Part shown: piece by piece, positions 8,176 to 18,432 of the stretch
How positions within the stretch are numbered: position 1 is the first letter of the stretch
How the letters are laid out: each line of letters begins with the position of its first letter
Origin: Armatimonadota bacterium
Lineage (GTDB): Bacteria; Armatimonadota; SYMT01
Assembly (NCBI GenBank): GCA_046292385.1
Contig: JBKBRF010000051.1
Location: 1-49,485, forward strand
DNA length: 49,485 bases
Direction of reading: 5' to 3'
Translations under genes and position numbers: made by a program
Notes under the pieces: model-generated
Databases searched by the model: none
Told to the model about the DNA's origin: nothing
Seen by the model: only the letters and a program-made list of their open reading frames with translations

Positions 8176-8898
8176 CTAGAACGTCAGCACCCCATTCCGC
8201 TTGCCCAGCAGGCGGCGGACGTAGTCGGAGAACGAGAGCCAGCCCTGGTCGCGGAGTGCTTCGGCCAGGCGGCGGTGGTCCTCCGCCAGGTAGCCGGGCA
8301 GGGCGTCCCGGTCGGTCGGGAGAGCGCGGCGTTTGGAGCCGAGCCAGGGCTTTACGGTGCCGACGTGCTGCCCGTCCAGCGCGGTCGGCGTGCCGCGGTC
8401 GCGCAGCTGGATCAGGCGCGGCCCGGCAGTCCGCGCGTGCGCCGCGCACTCCCCCAGCCGCTCCAGCCCGGTGCTGGTGAGGCGGCCGTCGTCGAAGAAG
8501 GTGTCGAGCTGGACCACCGCCTCGCCCGGCTGCGGCTGGTCCAGCGTGACGAAGGCGAAGATCGGCAGCTCCCGGTGGACCGCCACCGCGGTCTCCGGCG
8601 CGCCGTCCGCCTGTCCCAGCCATCCGATCGGGTCGTATCCCAGCCCCCGCAGCTCCTCCAGGTAGGGGGCGACCCGCTGCGCCGGCTCGCCGGCGGGCGC
8701 CGGGACCCAGCGCGGCGCGGGGGTGCTCCGGCAGTACTCCCGCACGCGCTCGCGGGCGCGCCACCAGCCGCCCACCAGCGGCGGCAGCGCGGCCGCCAGA
8801 ATTGCCGCCGGCACCGCCCACCAGTGGGGCATTAGAAAGAACACGAGGGCGCCGAGGAGCAGTCCCGCCGCCAACGACCACTGAATGCCGTCTCTCAT
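8176..8898 (-). CDS. Hypothetical membrane protein
   Basis: Two N-terminal hydrophobic segments followed by a soluble domain, with GC3-biased codons. Start could be 9006. Confidence 0.6.
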   Translation of the reverse strand: MRDGIQWSLAAGLLLGALVFFLMPHWWAVPAAILAAALPPLVGGWWRARERVREYCRSTPAPRWVPAPAGEPAQRVAPYLEELRGLGYDPIGWLGQADGAPETAVAVHRELPIFAFVTLDQPQPGEAVVQLDTFFDDGRLTSTGLERLGECAAHARTAGPRLIQLRDRGTPTALDGQHVGTVKPWLGSKRRALPTDRDALPGYLAEDHRRLAEALRDQGWLSFSDYVRRLLGKRNGVLTF

Positions 8899-9039
8899 CA
8901 ATTCAGGGGTACCTGCATCGACACTCGGCGCAAACGCGGAAGCAGAGTCGCGCCGGTCGGAAGTGAACTCCGGCGGTCCTGTCGAACTGGGGAGCGGCGG
9001 CGTCACACTTCCTACTCAGTGGACCTCCCAATCAGCCTC

Positions 9040-11043
9040 ATGCGGACAGCACTCTCCCGGATTCGCCCGGCTCATCTCACGGCAGTCACGCTGCTCGGGC
9101 TCTCGCTCGCCCTCTGGCCGGCCGCGGCGCGGGCTCAGGATCCGGAGGAGCCGGCGGCGAACGCTCCGGCCGCCGGCGCGAAGAAGAAGCCGCCGCCGGT
9201 GAACATGGTGGTTACCGTGGGGCAGGGCGACCTGGCGCGCTCCGGGCGGAGGCTGCCGGTGAAGGTGGTGCTCGACAACAACGAAGGCTCCGTCACCGGT
9301 CACCTGGAGCTGCGCAGCCTCACCGATCGCCAGGTGACGCGGATGCCGGTCGACCTCCCCCGCGGGGCCCACAAGGAGTACACCCTCTTCGCCACGCTGC
9401 ACGCGGAGCAGTATGCCGTTGCCAATGCCCCGGCGGAGCTCATTCTCCACGCGGGCGGCCGCGAGCTGGCGAAGCAGACGCTCGCGCCGAAGTTCCCGGA
9501 CGACGCCGCGATCGTGCTCTCCTGCACCGGCGACGGCTCCGGGCTGCAGTTCCTGGCGGACGACCAGCGCTTCCGCGTCTCCCACGTCTCGCCGCAGGAC
9601 ATGCCGCGCCAGTGGGCCGGCTACGAGCCGGCGGACGTGGTCGCCCTCAACGGACGCGCCTGGACCTCGCTGAACGACGAGCAGCGGCGCGCGTTCCGGA
9701 TCTGGGTGGAGCGGGGCGGCAGCGCCATCCTCTGCGGGGAGTCGCTGACGGAGTGGCGCGACCCGGAAGGCTCCGCACTGGCGGGCGTCCGGCCGGCGGA
9801 CCTCCGCTCGGAGCCGGAGCTGCGCTGCGTCGCCCCGTGGGGAAACCAGCCGTACCGCGCCCGGGCCGGCGGCCTGCTCACCGCCACCGGCCCGCTGCGC
9901 CCGGGAGCCAGGGCGCTCTTCTCCGAAGACGGCCGGCCGCTGATCGTGGAGCGGGAGACGCTGAGCGGCCGGGTGGTCTGGCTCGGCTTTGACGCCTTCC
10001 GGCAGACCTTCCGGGAGTGGGACGGCTCGCTCGCCTTCTGGCGGGCCGCGCTGCGGAAGGCGCGGGAGGCGGCGGGTGCCCCTCGCGTGCAGAATGCGGA
10101 AGGAGTCGACGACCTCCGCCAGGCGGCGGGCGCGCTGCCGCGGCTGCCGGCGCCGCCCGTCTGGGCGATCGTGGTCTTCGGCGTCGTCTATGCGGTCATC
10201 TTCGGACCGCTGAACATCTGGATGCTGCGGCGGATGCGGCGGACCGTCCGCTCCTGGCTCTTCACCCCCGCGCTGGCCGCGGGCATGACGCTGGTGGCGC
10301 TCGCCGCGGGGCAGAGCTGGGGCAGCGCGAGCACCGTCCTCTCCGGCGTAACGGTGCTGCACGCCGTGGAGGGCGGGCGGACCGCGCTGGAGGACGAGCT
10401 GGTCTGCCTCTTCAGTCCCACCAACCGCGACTTCGACCTGGCCGTGGACGATCCCGCGCCGGATCTGGAAGACATGGGAGGCATCGGCGAGAACGACCCG
10501 CCGCCGCTCGCCGGGCTCGGCTGGCCGGACCGGCAGGAAGACGGAGTCTCCCGGTGGGAGTCGACCGCGCAGCAGCTCTATTCCGCCCGGCTCTTCCGCC
10601 TGCGCCGCCCGTCCGACCTCGGCGGCAGCGTGGAGGCGGAGCTCTCCTCCGGATCCCGGCCGGTCGGCACGGTCAAGAACGGCAGCTACCTGGCGCTCAA
10701 GCAGGCGTACCTGGTCTCCCGGGGACACTACTACTGGATCGGCGACCTCGCCTCCGGCGCGACCGTCAACGTCGGCGCCGCCGGCTGGAAGGACCGGCTC
10801 CCCACCGGGAGCGACAACGTGGAGATCGCCGGAGAGCTGCGGGAGAACCGGCAGTTCCGGGCCGGCGTCTCCCGCGCCTGGGCGAACGCGCGGGACCTGC
10901 TGATCACCCACGGGGAGAACCAGGATCCGTGGCTGGTGGCGCAGTGCCCGGAGTACCGTCCCGGCCTGGAGGTCTCCACCCTCCCCTACAGCAACCGCGC
11001 CGCGCTCTTCCTGGTGCAGCTCTCCGGTGAGGGAGACCGATGA
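9040..11043 (+). CDS. Exported/membrane hypothetical protein associated with an ABC permease (glutamine amidotransferase-like middle domain)
   Basis: Signal peptide ending AARA-Q, DMPRQWAGYEPADVVAL...WVERGG segment, two TM helices (YAVIFGPLN). Translationally coupled to the permease. Start could be 9019. Confidence 0.7.
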   Translation: MRTALSRIRPAHLTAVTLLGLSLALWPAAARAQDPEEPAANAPAAGAKKKPPPVNMVVTVGQGDLARSGRRLPVKVVLDNNEGSVTGHLELRSLTDRQVTRMPVDLPRGAHKEYTLFATLHAEQYAVANAPAELILHAGGRELAKQTLAPKFPDDAAIVLSCTGDGSGLQFLADDQRFRVSHVSPQDMPRQWAGYEPADVVALNGRAWTSLNDEQRRAFRIWVERGGSAILCGESLTEWRDPEGSALAGVRPADLRSEPELRCVAPWGNQPYRARAGGLLTATGPLRPGARALFSEDGRPLIVERETLSGRVVWLGFDAFRQTFREWDGSLAFWRAALRKAREAAGAPRVQNAEGVDDLRQAAGALPRLPAPPVWAIVVFGVVYAVIFGPLNIWMLRRMRRTVRSWLFTPALAAGMTLVALAAGQSWGSASTVLSGVTVLHAVEGGRTALEDELVCLFSPTNRDFDLAVDDPAPDLEDMGGIGENDPPPLAGLGWPDRQEDGVSRWESTAQQLYSARLFRLRRPSDLGGSVEAELSSGSRPVGTVKNGSYLALKQAYLVSRGHYYWIGDLASGATVNVGAAGWKDRLPTGSDNVEIAGELRENRQFRAGVSRAWANARDLLITHGENQDPWLVAQCPEYRPGLEVSTLPYSNRAALFLVQLSGEGDR

Positions 11044-12722
11044 CGGAGCGACTCCGGAAAGCGGTGGAGAGCCGGCTGGAGGAGGCGATCCGCGTCCTCG
11101 AGCTGCGGCGGTACCGGCGCATCTTCGCCTCGGGACGGCTCCCGTTCGTCTACGCCAGCGCCGTGCTGCTCGTCTCGTGGCTGCTGGCGCCGTTCCTGTT
11201 CGGGGACTCCGGCGTCGTCTCCGGCCGGAGCGGGATCTCCTCGTTCCGCGGCTGGGAGGCCGGCGTCCTCTTCACCTGCAGCGCGCTGGCCGCCGGGATC
11301 GCCGCCTACCTCCGCTGCCAGACGCTCTGGCACCAGGAGCACCGGCTCCACGGCTTCCAGGCCTGGATCCTGGGCAACCTGAGCCCGGGACGGACGGTCG
11401 TGACGACGGTTGCCATGTCAGCGGTGCTCGGCGCTGCGCTCGCCGCCATCCCGATGGGCTTCGGGTTCATCGCCGCGCTGCTGAGCGGCCTCGCCTGGTG
11501 GCAGTGGCTGCTGGAGCTGCTGCTGCTCGGCTGCTGCTCGCTCCTCGGCGCCGCACTGGGGGCCGCCGTCTTCTTCATCAGCTACGGGCTGGTGCCGCGC
11601 GCCGCGTTCTACCCCGCCCTGCTCGCGTTCGGGCTGGTGGTCCTGGCGCTCTGGCTGCGGATCGAGGCGGTGGAGAGCCCGGTGCAGCCGGGGTGGGAGC
11701 AGCACCCGCACCGCATCGCGCGGGCGGTGATCTACTCCACGCCGCTGCCGGCGGTCTTCGGCGCCGCCGCTCCGGGCTGGTGGAGCCGGAACGTGGCGGG
11801 CAGCGTGCAGCTCCCGATCCCGGCCTGGGCCGGCGGGCTGCTCTACGCCGCCGCGATCCTGGCGGGAGCGGCCTACGCCGCCCACGCCGCCCGGCGAGGC
11901 TACGCGCGGCTGATCGAGGACCTCGACCGCGTGGAAGACCAGCCGCGGGAGACGACCACCGAGGACGGTGGCCGGGAGTTCTACTGGAAAGGCTTCCGCA
12001 ACCCGGTCTGGACCCGCGACATCCGCACGCGGCTCCGGAGCAAAGACACGGCGGAGTTCATCTTCTTCGCCTCCATCGCGGTGGCGGCGGGCGCCTTCGT
12101 GCCGCTGCTGCTCACCGCCAGCGACCTCTCCGACCCGCTCCAGACCGCGCGCTCCGCCCGGGAGGTCTTCTTCTGGCTCACGATGACGCTCGTGGCGCTG
12201 GTGGCGCTGATCGCGCCGGGCCTGACGGCCGATTCCGTGACGACGGAGCGGGCGAACGGCACGCTGGAGCTGCTGGTCGCCACGCCGCTGCGCCCCCGCG
12301 CGATCCTGAGCGGCAAGCTCCTGGGCGCCGTCAGCGTGATGCTGCTCCTGATCAGCCCGTCCCTGCCGCTCTTCGGGCTCTGCTACCTGTTCCACGGCGC
12401 CTCCGGCGCGCAGGTGGTGCAGGTCTACCTGCTGCTCGTCGCGACGGTGGTGATCGGCGCGTTCATCGGGCTGGCGCAGTCCGCCATCAACGCCAAGTCC
12501 GGCTCGGCAAAGTTCTTCGCCTACGGCACCACCGCCGCCTTCGTGGCGATCCCTGGCGGGCCGTTCTGGATCGCCGCCGCCTTCGCCGCGCCGCAGGCGG
12601 AGATGCGCCAGTCGCTGGCGCAGGGCGTCCCCTACGCCGTGATCATGGGCGTGCTCTGGGCCTTCGTGCTCGTCCTCTTCTGGGGCAACGCCTGCGAGCA
12701 GCTCGAATACTCGGAGTACTGA
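11040..12722 (+). CDS. ABC-2 type transporter permease with two membrane domains
   Basis: NPVWTRDIRTRLR and APGLTADSVTTERANGTLELLVATPLRPRAILSGKL signature, many TM helices. Confidence 0.82.
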   Translation: MTERLRKAVESRLEEAIRVLELRRYRRIFASGRLPFVYASAVLLVSWLLAPFLFGDSGVVSGRSGISSFRGWEAGVLFTCSALAAGIAAYLRCQTLWHQEHRLHGFQAWILGNLSPGRTVVTTVAMSAVLGAALAAIPMGFGFIAALLSGLAWWQWLLELLLLGCCSLLGAALGAAVFFISYGLVPRAAFYPALLAFGLVVLALWLRIEAVESPVQPGWEQHPHRIARAVIYSTPLPAVFGAAAPGWWSRNVAGSVQLPIPAWAGGLLYAAAILAGAAYAAHAARRGYARLIEDLDRVEDQPRETTTEDGGREFYWKGFRNPVWTRDIRTRLRSKDTAEFIFFASIAVAAGAFVPLLLTASDLSDPLQTARSAREVFFWLTMTLVALVALIAPGLTADSVTTERANGTLELLVATPLRPRAILSGKLLGAVSVMLLLISPSLPLFGLCYLFHGASGAQVVQVYLLLVATVVIGAFIGLAQSAINAKSGSAKFFAYGTTAAFVAIPGGPFWIAAAFAAPQAEMRQSLAQGVPYAVIMGVLWAFVLVLFWGNACEQLEYSEY

Positions 12723-12728
12723 TGCGGC

Positions 12729-12818
12729 AGTTAGCAAGTTGGCAGGTTGACAGGTTGCAGGTTCCGGATTCCCCTCTGGTTCGAAACTTGCAACCTGTAA
12801 CCTGCCAACCTGCCAACT
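12729..12818. repeat. Inverted arrays of (G)CAGGTT / AACCTG(C) units forming a long hairpin just after the permease stop
   Basis: 12729-12766 is an imperfect reverse complement of 12782-12818. Confidence 0.8.
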
Positions 12819-12937
12819 ACGGGCGCTGGGGCTCAAGATCAATTCTCTTTAAGGCACCGGTTGCGGTTCAGACCCCGGAATAGAATGGCAATTGGACCGA
12901 TTGTCTCCCCCGGCGGCCGGCTGGCGGTCGCTGTCAC

Positions 12938-15900
12938 GTGCCCTTCATGCGCAACCAACGCCTCATCGCCATCGCCGGCGCCGCCGTGCTGCTGATCGCG
13001 CTCGCGTTCGCCGCCTACCGCTTCCTGGTGCCTGGAAAGCCGTGGCAGGGAATCACTCCGGAGGAGTACGCCCGCCTGGAGGTCCACCGGGTACGCGGCA
13101 TCGGGCTGATGGAGAATCCGAAGAGCGAGCACCTGGCGCTGCCGGAGTTCGAAGCGATCCGCAAAGCCCAGCCGCGTCTCGCCTTCGGCTACGTAAACTC
13201 CGCTGCCGCCACCATCGTCTCGCAGCGGGAGCAGGCGGTGGAGCTTGCCAAACAGGGAGCAGAGCTGGCGCCGGAGAGCTCCTGGGCCTGGATGGTGCTT
13301 GGCGAGGCGTACGGCACAACGCAGCCGGACGAGGCGACGAAGGCGTTCGAGACGGCGGTAGCGCGAGCTCCGGAGGACCCGCGGATCCTCGGGCCGCTGC
13401 TCAACCACCTGAACAGCATTCCGGGCGATCACGAGTCTCGGATCGCACAGCTTCAGCAGCGGATCTATGAGCTGGCACCAGCGAACGTAGCGGCGCAGGC
13501 GCCGTGGCTCGTGACGCTCGCGCAGCGAGGTGAGTACGAGCCGGCCCAGCGAGTCCTCGAGGAGATGCGCGCCGCCCTGGTAAAGCCGCCGGTGCTAGTC
13601 CGGAACACGATAACGAGCCTGGATCGTGCGCTGAAAGCCCGGTCTACCGAAGCGATCCGGCACGCCCGGACGCTTTCCAACGTCCTTTCCCAGACCTCTG
13701 AGTTCAGCAAGCACCGCGCCTTGATCTACGGAAACACCCGGGATCCGGCGAACCTGGTGATGCGCGAGTGGGACGTGCCCCCGCCGCCCCTCGCGGAGCC
13801 GGCCGCGCCGCAGATCAGCGTCTCCTGGACCGATGTCACCGATGAGGTGAACCTGGCTGACGTCCGCGCCCGGGGGGTGGCTCCCGTCGGGATCGGCGAC
13901 GTCGACCTGACGGCGCAGTCCGGCGTCCGGGAGGAGGGTCAGCCGCAGAATCCGGTGTTCTACCGGCCGGACCTGGCAGTCGGCCCGTCTCCGAACGAGA
14001 TCCTGATCAACAGCGAGAGCGGGTTCGCCGCGGCGAAGCCCGGCACCGCGGACGGTGAATCCTCTCCGCTCGTGGCGGACCTGAACGGGGACTTCAGCCT
14101 CGACCTTTACGTCGCCGCCCCCGAGGGCGATCGAGTCTGGCTCAACTCCAGGTCGGCGATCGTCGCGCCCTCCGGCCTGCAGTACTCCGGAATGAACGGC
14201 GAGTGGAAGGCCGACGGCGCGATGCCCGGCCGCGGACCCGGGAGCGCGACGGCGGTCGACCTGGATCACGACGGCGATCTCGACATCATCCGCACGAGCG
14301 CGGCGGAGGGACAGCCGGCAATCCGCTACCTGCGCAACCAGGGCAAGGGCACCTTCGAGGACATCACGGAGCGGGCCGGCCTCACCCTTCCCTCGCAGGG
14401 AGCGCGCCAGACGGTGTTCGGCGACTTCGACGCCAACGGCGTGATCGACCTGTTCGTGGTCCGCGCCTACGGATCGCCGGTGCTGCTGCTGAACCAGCGC
14501 CAGGACGTGTTCAAGAATGCTTCGCAGGCGTGGGGGCTGCGGAGCGGCGCGGGCGCGCTCGCGGCGGCGGTGGCGGACTTCGACCGGGACGGCGACTGGG
14601 ACATTGCCGTCGCCGGCCGGGATCCGCATGGCACGCTGCTCTACCGGAACCGCGAGAGCCAGGGCTTCGAAGCCGACGCCGCCGCGCTCCCGCTGGACGG
14701 GTTCCAGGCGCTCTGGGTGACGGCGCTCGACTACGACAACGACACCTGGATCGACCTCGCCTTCGCCGGAGAGCAGGGCCTCCGTCTTCTCCGCAACAAC
14801 CAGGGCCGCTTCGACGCGGTGGAGGTCCCGCAGGCTGCCGGCGAGCTGAGCTGGGTCGAGCCGCTCGACTACGATCAGGACGGCGACCTGGACCTGCTCG
14901 CCGCCGCCCCGGACGGCGCGCTCCGGCTGCTCCGCAACGACGGCGGCAACCAGAATCCCTGGCAGACGCTCGACCTCGAGAAGCTGGACGTCGCGGAGGC
15001 GCCGATCGACCCGTCGCAGCCGCACCCGAACAACTCGTTCGGAATCGGCGCGGTGGTGGAGCCCCTTACCCCCTGGGACCGGCAGAAGATCCTGGTGACG
15101 CGGCCGCAGATCCACATGGGGCTCGGCCGCTCGCCCAAGGCTGCCGCCATCCGGATTATGTGGACCAACGGCGTACCCCAGAACCTGGTAGCGCCGGAGC
15201 CGCGGCAGGCGGTCCACTTCCGGGAGATCCCCAGCGGGTCGTGCCCGTTCCTCTACACCTGGGACGGCGAGAAGTGGAACTTCCACGCCGACTTCAACTG
15301 GAAGAGTCCGCTCGGGATGCTGGCGGCGCGCGGGGTGCCGATCCCGCACGACCAGACGCTCGACTGGGTGAAGATCCCGGGTGAGAAGATGACCCCGATC
15401 GGCGACTACCTGGGGCTCATCGCCACCGAAGAGCTGCGGGAGGTGAGCTACTTCGACCTGATCCGGCTCGTCGCCGTCGACCATCCGGCGGAGACGGAAG
15501 TCTTCGTGGACGAGCGGTTCATCTTCGGGCCGCCCGCGCCGTATCAGGTCTATACCGCCACCGACCGCCGCCTGCCGAAGTCGGCCACCAACGAGAGCGG
15601 CGCCGACCTGCTGCCGCTGCTCCGCGAGCGGGACAACGAGTACACGCCGGTCCCCGGCGGCCCGTACCGCGGCGTGATGCGGCCGTTCGACCTGATCCTC
15701 GACCTGGGGCAGGTGAACGACCCCGCTAACGTGCGGCTCTTCCTGAACGGCTGGCTCTTCCCCTCCGGCTCCAGCATCAACGTGGCAGCCGCGCAGAACC
15801 CCCGGGTACCGGTGGTGCCGCCGACGCTCTACGTCGGCGACGGCCGGGGCGGATGGAAGGAAGTCGACCGGACCGTCGGCCTGCCGACCGGAAAGCGGAA

Positions 15901-16501
15901 GACGATGGTGCTCGACCTGAGCAACCGCTTCGTGGGGAGCGACTTCCGCGTGAAGCTCACCACCACTGCCGAGATCCGCTGGGACCAGGCGTTCTTCACC
16001 TCCGGGGAGGCGCCGGTCCGCATCGTGGAGACCGAGGCGCCGCTGACGGAGGCGATGCTGCGGGAGCGCGGGTACGGCCGCCACTACCGCGAGGTGCCGA
16101 ACGGTCCGGACATGTACGACTACCAGGACGAGCTGGAAGGCGATGACGCCCCGGGCTGGCCGGACATCGCCGGCGCTTACACCCGCCTGGGCGACTGCTC
16201 CCCGCTGCTCAAGAAAGTCGACGACCAGTACGCGATCGTCGCCCCCGGCGACGAGATCCGCTTCCTCTTCGACGCCCGGAAGCTGCCGAAGCTCCCCGCC
16301 GGCTGGAAACGCGATTACGTGCTGATCAGCGACGGCTGGACCAAGGACGCCGATCCGAACACGCTGCTCGGCGAGATGGTGGAGCCGCTGCCGTTCCACG
16401 GAATGAAGCAGTACCCGCCCGGCCCGGGCGAGCGGTTCCCCGACACTCCCGCCCACCGCGCGTGGAAGCGGGAATGGAACACGCGCATCAAGACGCGGTA
16501 G
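12938..16501 (+). CDS. TPR + FG-GAP/VCBS repeat + ASPIC/UnbV (CRTAC1-like) membrane-anchored protein
   Basis: N-terminal TM, TPRs, repeated DxDxDGDxD motifs, GIGAVVE...IHMGLG, GSCPFLYTWDG and DGWTKDAD. Start could be ATG at 12947. Confidence 0.85.
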   Translation: MPFMRNQRLIAIAGAAVLLIALAFAAYRFLVPGKPWQGITPEEYARLEVHRVRGIGLMENPKSEHLALPEFEAIRKAQPRLAFGYVNSAAATIVSQREQAVELAKQGAELAPESSWAWMVLGEAYGTTQPDEATKAFETAVARAPEDPRILGPLLNHLNSIPGDHESRIAQLQQRIYELAPANVAAQAPWLVTLAQRGEYEPAQRVLEEMRAALVKPPVLVRNTITSLDRALKARSTEAIRHARTLSNVLSQTSEFSKHRALIYGNTRDPANLVMREWDVPPPPLAEPAAPQISVSWTDVTDEVNLADVRARGVAPVGIGDVDLTAQSGVREEGQPQNPVFYRPDLAVGPSPNEILINSESGFAAAKPGTADGESSPLVADLNGDFSLDLYVAAPEGDRVWLNSRSAIVAPSGLQYSGMNGEWKADGAMPGRGPGSATAVDLDHDGDLDIIRTSAAEGQPAIRYLRNQGKGTFEDITERAGLTLPSQGARQTVFGDFDANGVIDLFVVRAYGSPVLLLNQRQDVFKNASQAWGLRSGAGALAAAVADFDRDGDWDIAVAGRDPHGTLLYRNRESQGFEADAAALPLDGFQALWVTALDYDNDTWIDLAFAGEQGLRLLRNNQGRFDAVEVPQAAGELSWVEPLDYDQDGDLDLLAAAPDGALRLLRNDGGNQNPWQTLDLEKLDVAEAPIDPSQPHPNNSFGIGAVVEPLTPWDRQKILVTRPQIHMGLGRSPKAAAIRIMWTNGVPQNLVAPEPRQAVHFREIPSGSCPFLYTWDGEKWNFHADFNWKSPLGMLAARGVPIPHDQTLDWVKIPGEKMTPIGDYLGLIATEELREVSYFDLIRLVAVDHPAETEVFVDERFIFGPPAPYQVYTATDRRLPKSATNESGADLLPLLRERDNEYTPVPGGPYRGVMRPFDLILDLGQVNDPANVRLFLNGWLFPSGSSINVAAAQNPRVPVVPPTLYVGDGRGGWKEVDRTVGLPTGKRKTMVLDLSNRFVGSDFRVKLTTTAEIRWDQAFFTSGEAPVRIVETEAPLTEAMLRERGYGRHYREVPNGPDMYDYQDELEGDDAPGWPDIAGAYTRLGDCSPLLKKVDDQYAIVAPGDEIRFLFDARKLPKLPAGWKRDYVLISDGWTKDADPNTLLGEMVEPLPFHGMKQYPPGPGERFPDTPAHRAWKREWNTRIKTR

Positions 16502-16730
16502 CGCTGCGAGAGCCGGGCCGCTCCTCCGAAGACGCGGGGGAGCGGCCTTTCTCAGGACGCCGGCATCCCAACCGGCGGCTCGCCCGAAAAAATACCGGCC
16601 GGTCGCTTCCTGCGCCAGTATTTTCCCGCCGACCCGTTCCTTTGTCTGAGCAGCAGACCGCGAGGCGCGTCGCCCCTGGGGCGCTTCCACGGTCGCCTCT
16701 TCACTGGCTGCTTGGAGCAAGGGAGTTACG

Positions 16731-17921
16731 ATGAACGCCGATCTGCGCCGCCCCGCCTGGGTGCTCGCTGCTATGGTCCTGCTGATCCTCGCCACCGCTA
16801 CCGCGTCGCTCGCGCGCCGGGGCGGGCGCAGCGAGACGGAGGCGGAAGGGGTCGTCACCGCCGTCTCCGGACCCGCCGTGCCCGGCACCCTCACGGTGCT
16901 CACCTCCACCGGTGAGATCGTGGTGACGGTCGATGCCGGCACCGAGTTCGAGCTGGATGACGACGAGCCGGAGGATGAGGGCGAGGACGCAGCGATCCTG
17001 CGGCGCGGCGGCGATGACGAGGACGACGAAGACGAGGATGAGGATGAGGATGAAGACGAGGACGAGGACGATGAGGACGGTGAGGACGACGACGAAGAGG
17101 ATGACGAAGCCGCCTTCACGGGGGATCTGACCACTCTCGTCGGCCAGTTTGTCGAAGTCGAGTACGACCCGGCGACGATGATCGCCGAGGAAGTCGAAAT
17201 CGAGAGCACCTTCGAGGCGTTCGGCACCGTGCTGGCGGTCAGCGCGCCGGAGGCGCCCGCCACCCTTACCTTCGCGTCCTCATTCGGGCCGGAGCTGCAG
17301 CTCCAGGTCGACACCACCTCGCAGTTGATGCTCAACGACGTGCCGCTGACCGACCTCTCGCTGCTGGTCGGCCTGGTGGTGAAAGTCGACTACGATCCGG
17401 AGACGCTCCTGGTGGTGGAGCTGGAGGCCGAGACGGAGGACGAGCTGACGGATGGGGTGGTGACGCAGACCAACACTCGCACCGGCTCCGTGACGGTCTC
17501 CGGCCGCGGCGGCAAGGTGACGGTCCAGGTGGTCCCCGCGACGAACGTGAACCTCGACTTCCAGGACGCCCAGCTCACGCAGATCGGCCGCAGCAGCCGC
17601 GCCACGGTGGCGTTCCGGCAGGTGAACGGACAGCGCCAGGCGGTCTACCTCCACGCCGTCTCCCGGAAGACCAGCACTATCACCGGCTCGCTCCAGGGGA
17701 TCTCCACCGCCAGCCAGACCGTCTCGCTAGCGGTGCGGGGGCGAGGCAGCGCCCGCAAGCCGTCGATCCTGAAGGTGAATGCCGGCACGCTGATCACGCT
17801 GAACGGCCAGCGGGTGGCGCTGGCGGAGCTGCCGGCCGGGGTGAAGCTCCAGGCCCGGTTCGTGAGCCTCGGCAAGAACAGCGTCGCCATCGCGCGCAGC
17901 CTCGCCGGCCGGACCCGGTAA
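16731..17921 (+). CDS. Secreted DUF5666-like repeat (OB-fold-like) protein with a poly-Asp/Glu insertion
   Basis: Signal peptide, four EG.V..V....T.TV repeats, GGGAG SD, acidic tract at 17013-17108. Confidence 0.7.
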   Translation: MNADLRRPAWVLAAMVLLILATATASLARRGGRSETEAEGVVTAVSGPAVPGTLTVLTSTGEIVVTVDAGTEFELDDDEPEDEGEDAAILRRGGDDEDDEDEDEDEDEDEDEDDEDGEDDDEEDDEAAFTGDLTTLVGQFVEVEYDPATMIAEEVEIESTFEAFGTVLAVSAPEAPATLTFASSFGPELQLQVDTTSQLMLNDVPLTDLSLLVGLVVKVDYDPETLLVVELEAETEDELTDGVVTQTNTRTGSVTVSGRGGKVTVQVVPATNVNLDFQDAQLTQIGRSSRATVAFRQVNGQRQAVYLHAVSRKTSTITGSLQGISTASQTVSLAVRGRGSARKPSILKVNAGTLITLNGQRVALAELPAGVKLQARFVSLGKNSVAIARSLAGRTR

Positions 17922-17949
17922 CCCGAAGAACGGCGCGCCCGTACGCGCC

Positions 17950-17986
17950 GGCGCCCGTGTCCTCTGCAGGACACGGGCGCCCTTTT
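17950..17986 (+). terminator. Intrinsic terminator between convergent genes
   Basis: 14-bp stem GGCGCCCGTGTCCT-ctgc-AGGACACGGGCGCC followed by CTTTT. Confidence 0.75.
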
Positions 17987-18006
17987 CTGGCGAGATCACG
18001 GCGTCT

Positions 18007-18288
18007 CTACGGTTCGTCCCCGGCATCGCTGCTCCCGGTAACCGCGGAAGTATCCACGTCACCCGATACCGGCGCGTCTGTGCCACTCGCGGGCTCCACG
18101 GGTCCTGTCGCCTCTTCCAGGGTTCCGTGCAGACCCTCCGAGTCCGTGAGGCGCCCCCAGTCCTCCGTCAGCACCGGGCCCCCTACCGGCGACTCGTCCC
18201 CCAGTTCGCCGCCGGAGATCAGCACCGGTCCCAGTTCCGACTCCGCGATTTCACGGCTGGAGCCGGGTCGGTCGGACTGCTCGCTCAT
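18007..18288 (-). CDS. Small acidic hypothetical protein (93 aa)
   Basis: ATG preceded by GAGGA, low-complexity acidic sequence, no recognisable family. Confidence 0.5.
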   Translation of the reverse strand: MSEQSDRPGSSREIAESELGPVLISGGELGDESPVGGPVLTEDWGRLTDSEGLHGTLEEATGPVEPASGTDAPVSGDVDTSAVTGSSDAGDEP

Positions 18289-18432
18289 CGTCTCTTTTCC
18301 TCGTCTCTTGTGTTACGAGGCAGTGATCCCCCAGCTTGCCAGAGGTCAAACGTGCAACCGATTCGGGGGACTTCGGGGGCTCTCGGCGGGGGCGGTTGGC
18401 GGCGGAGGGTGCGGTTGGCAGGCGAGGGGGAG

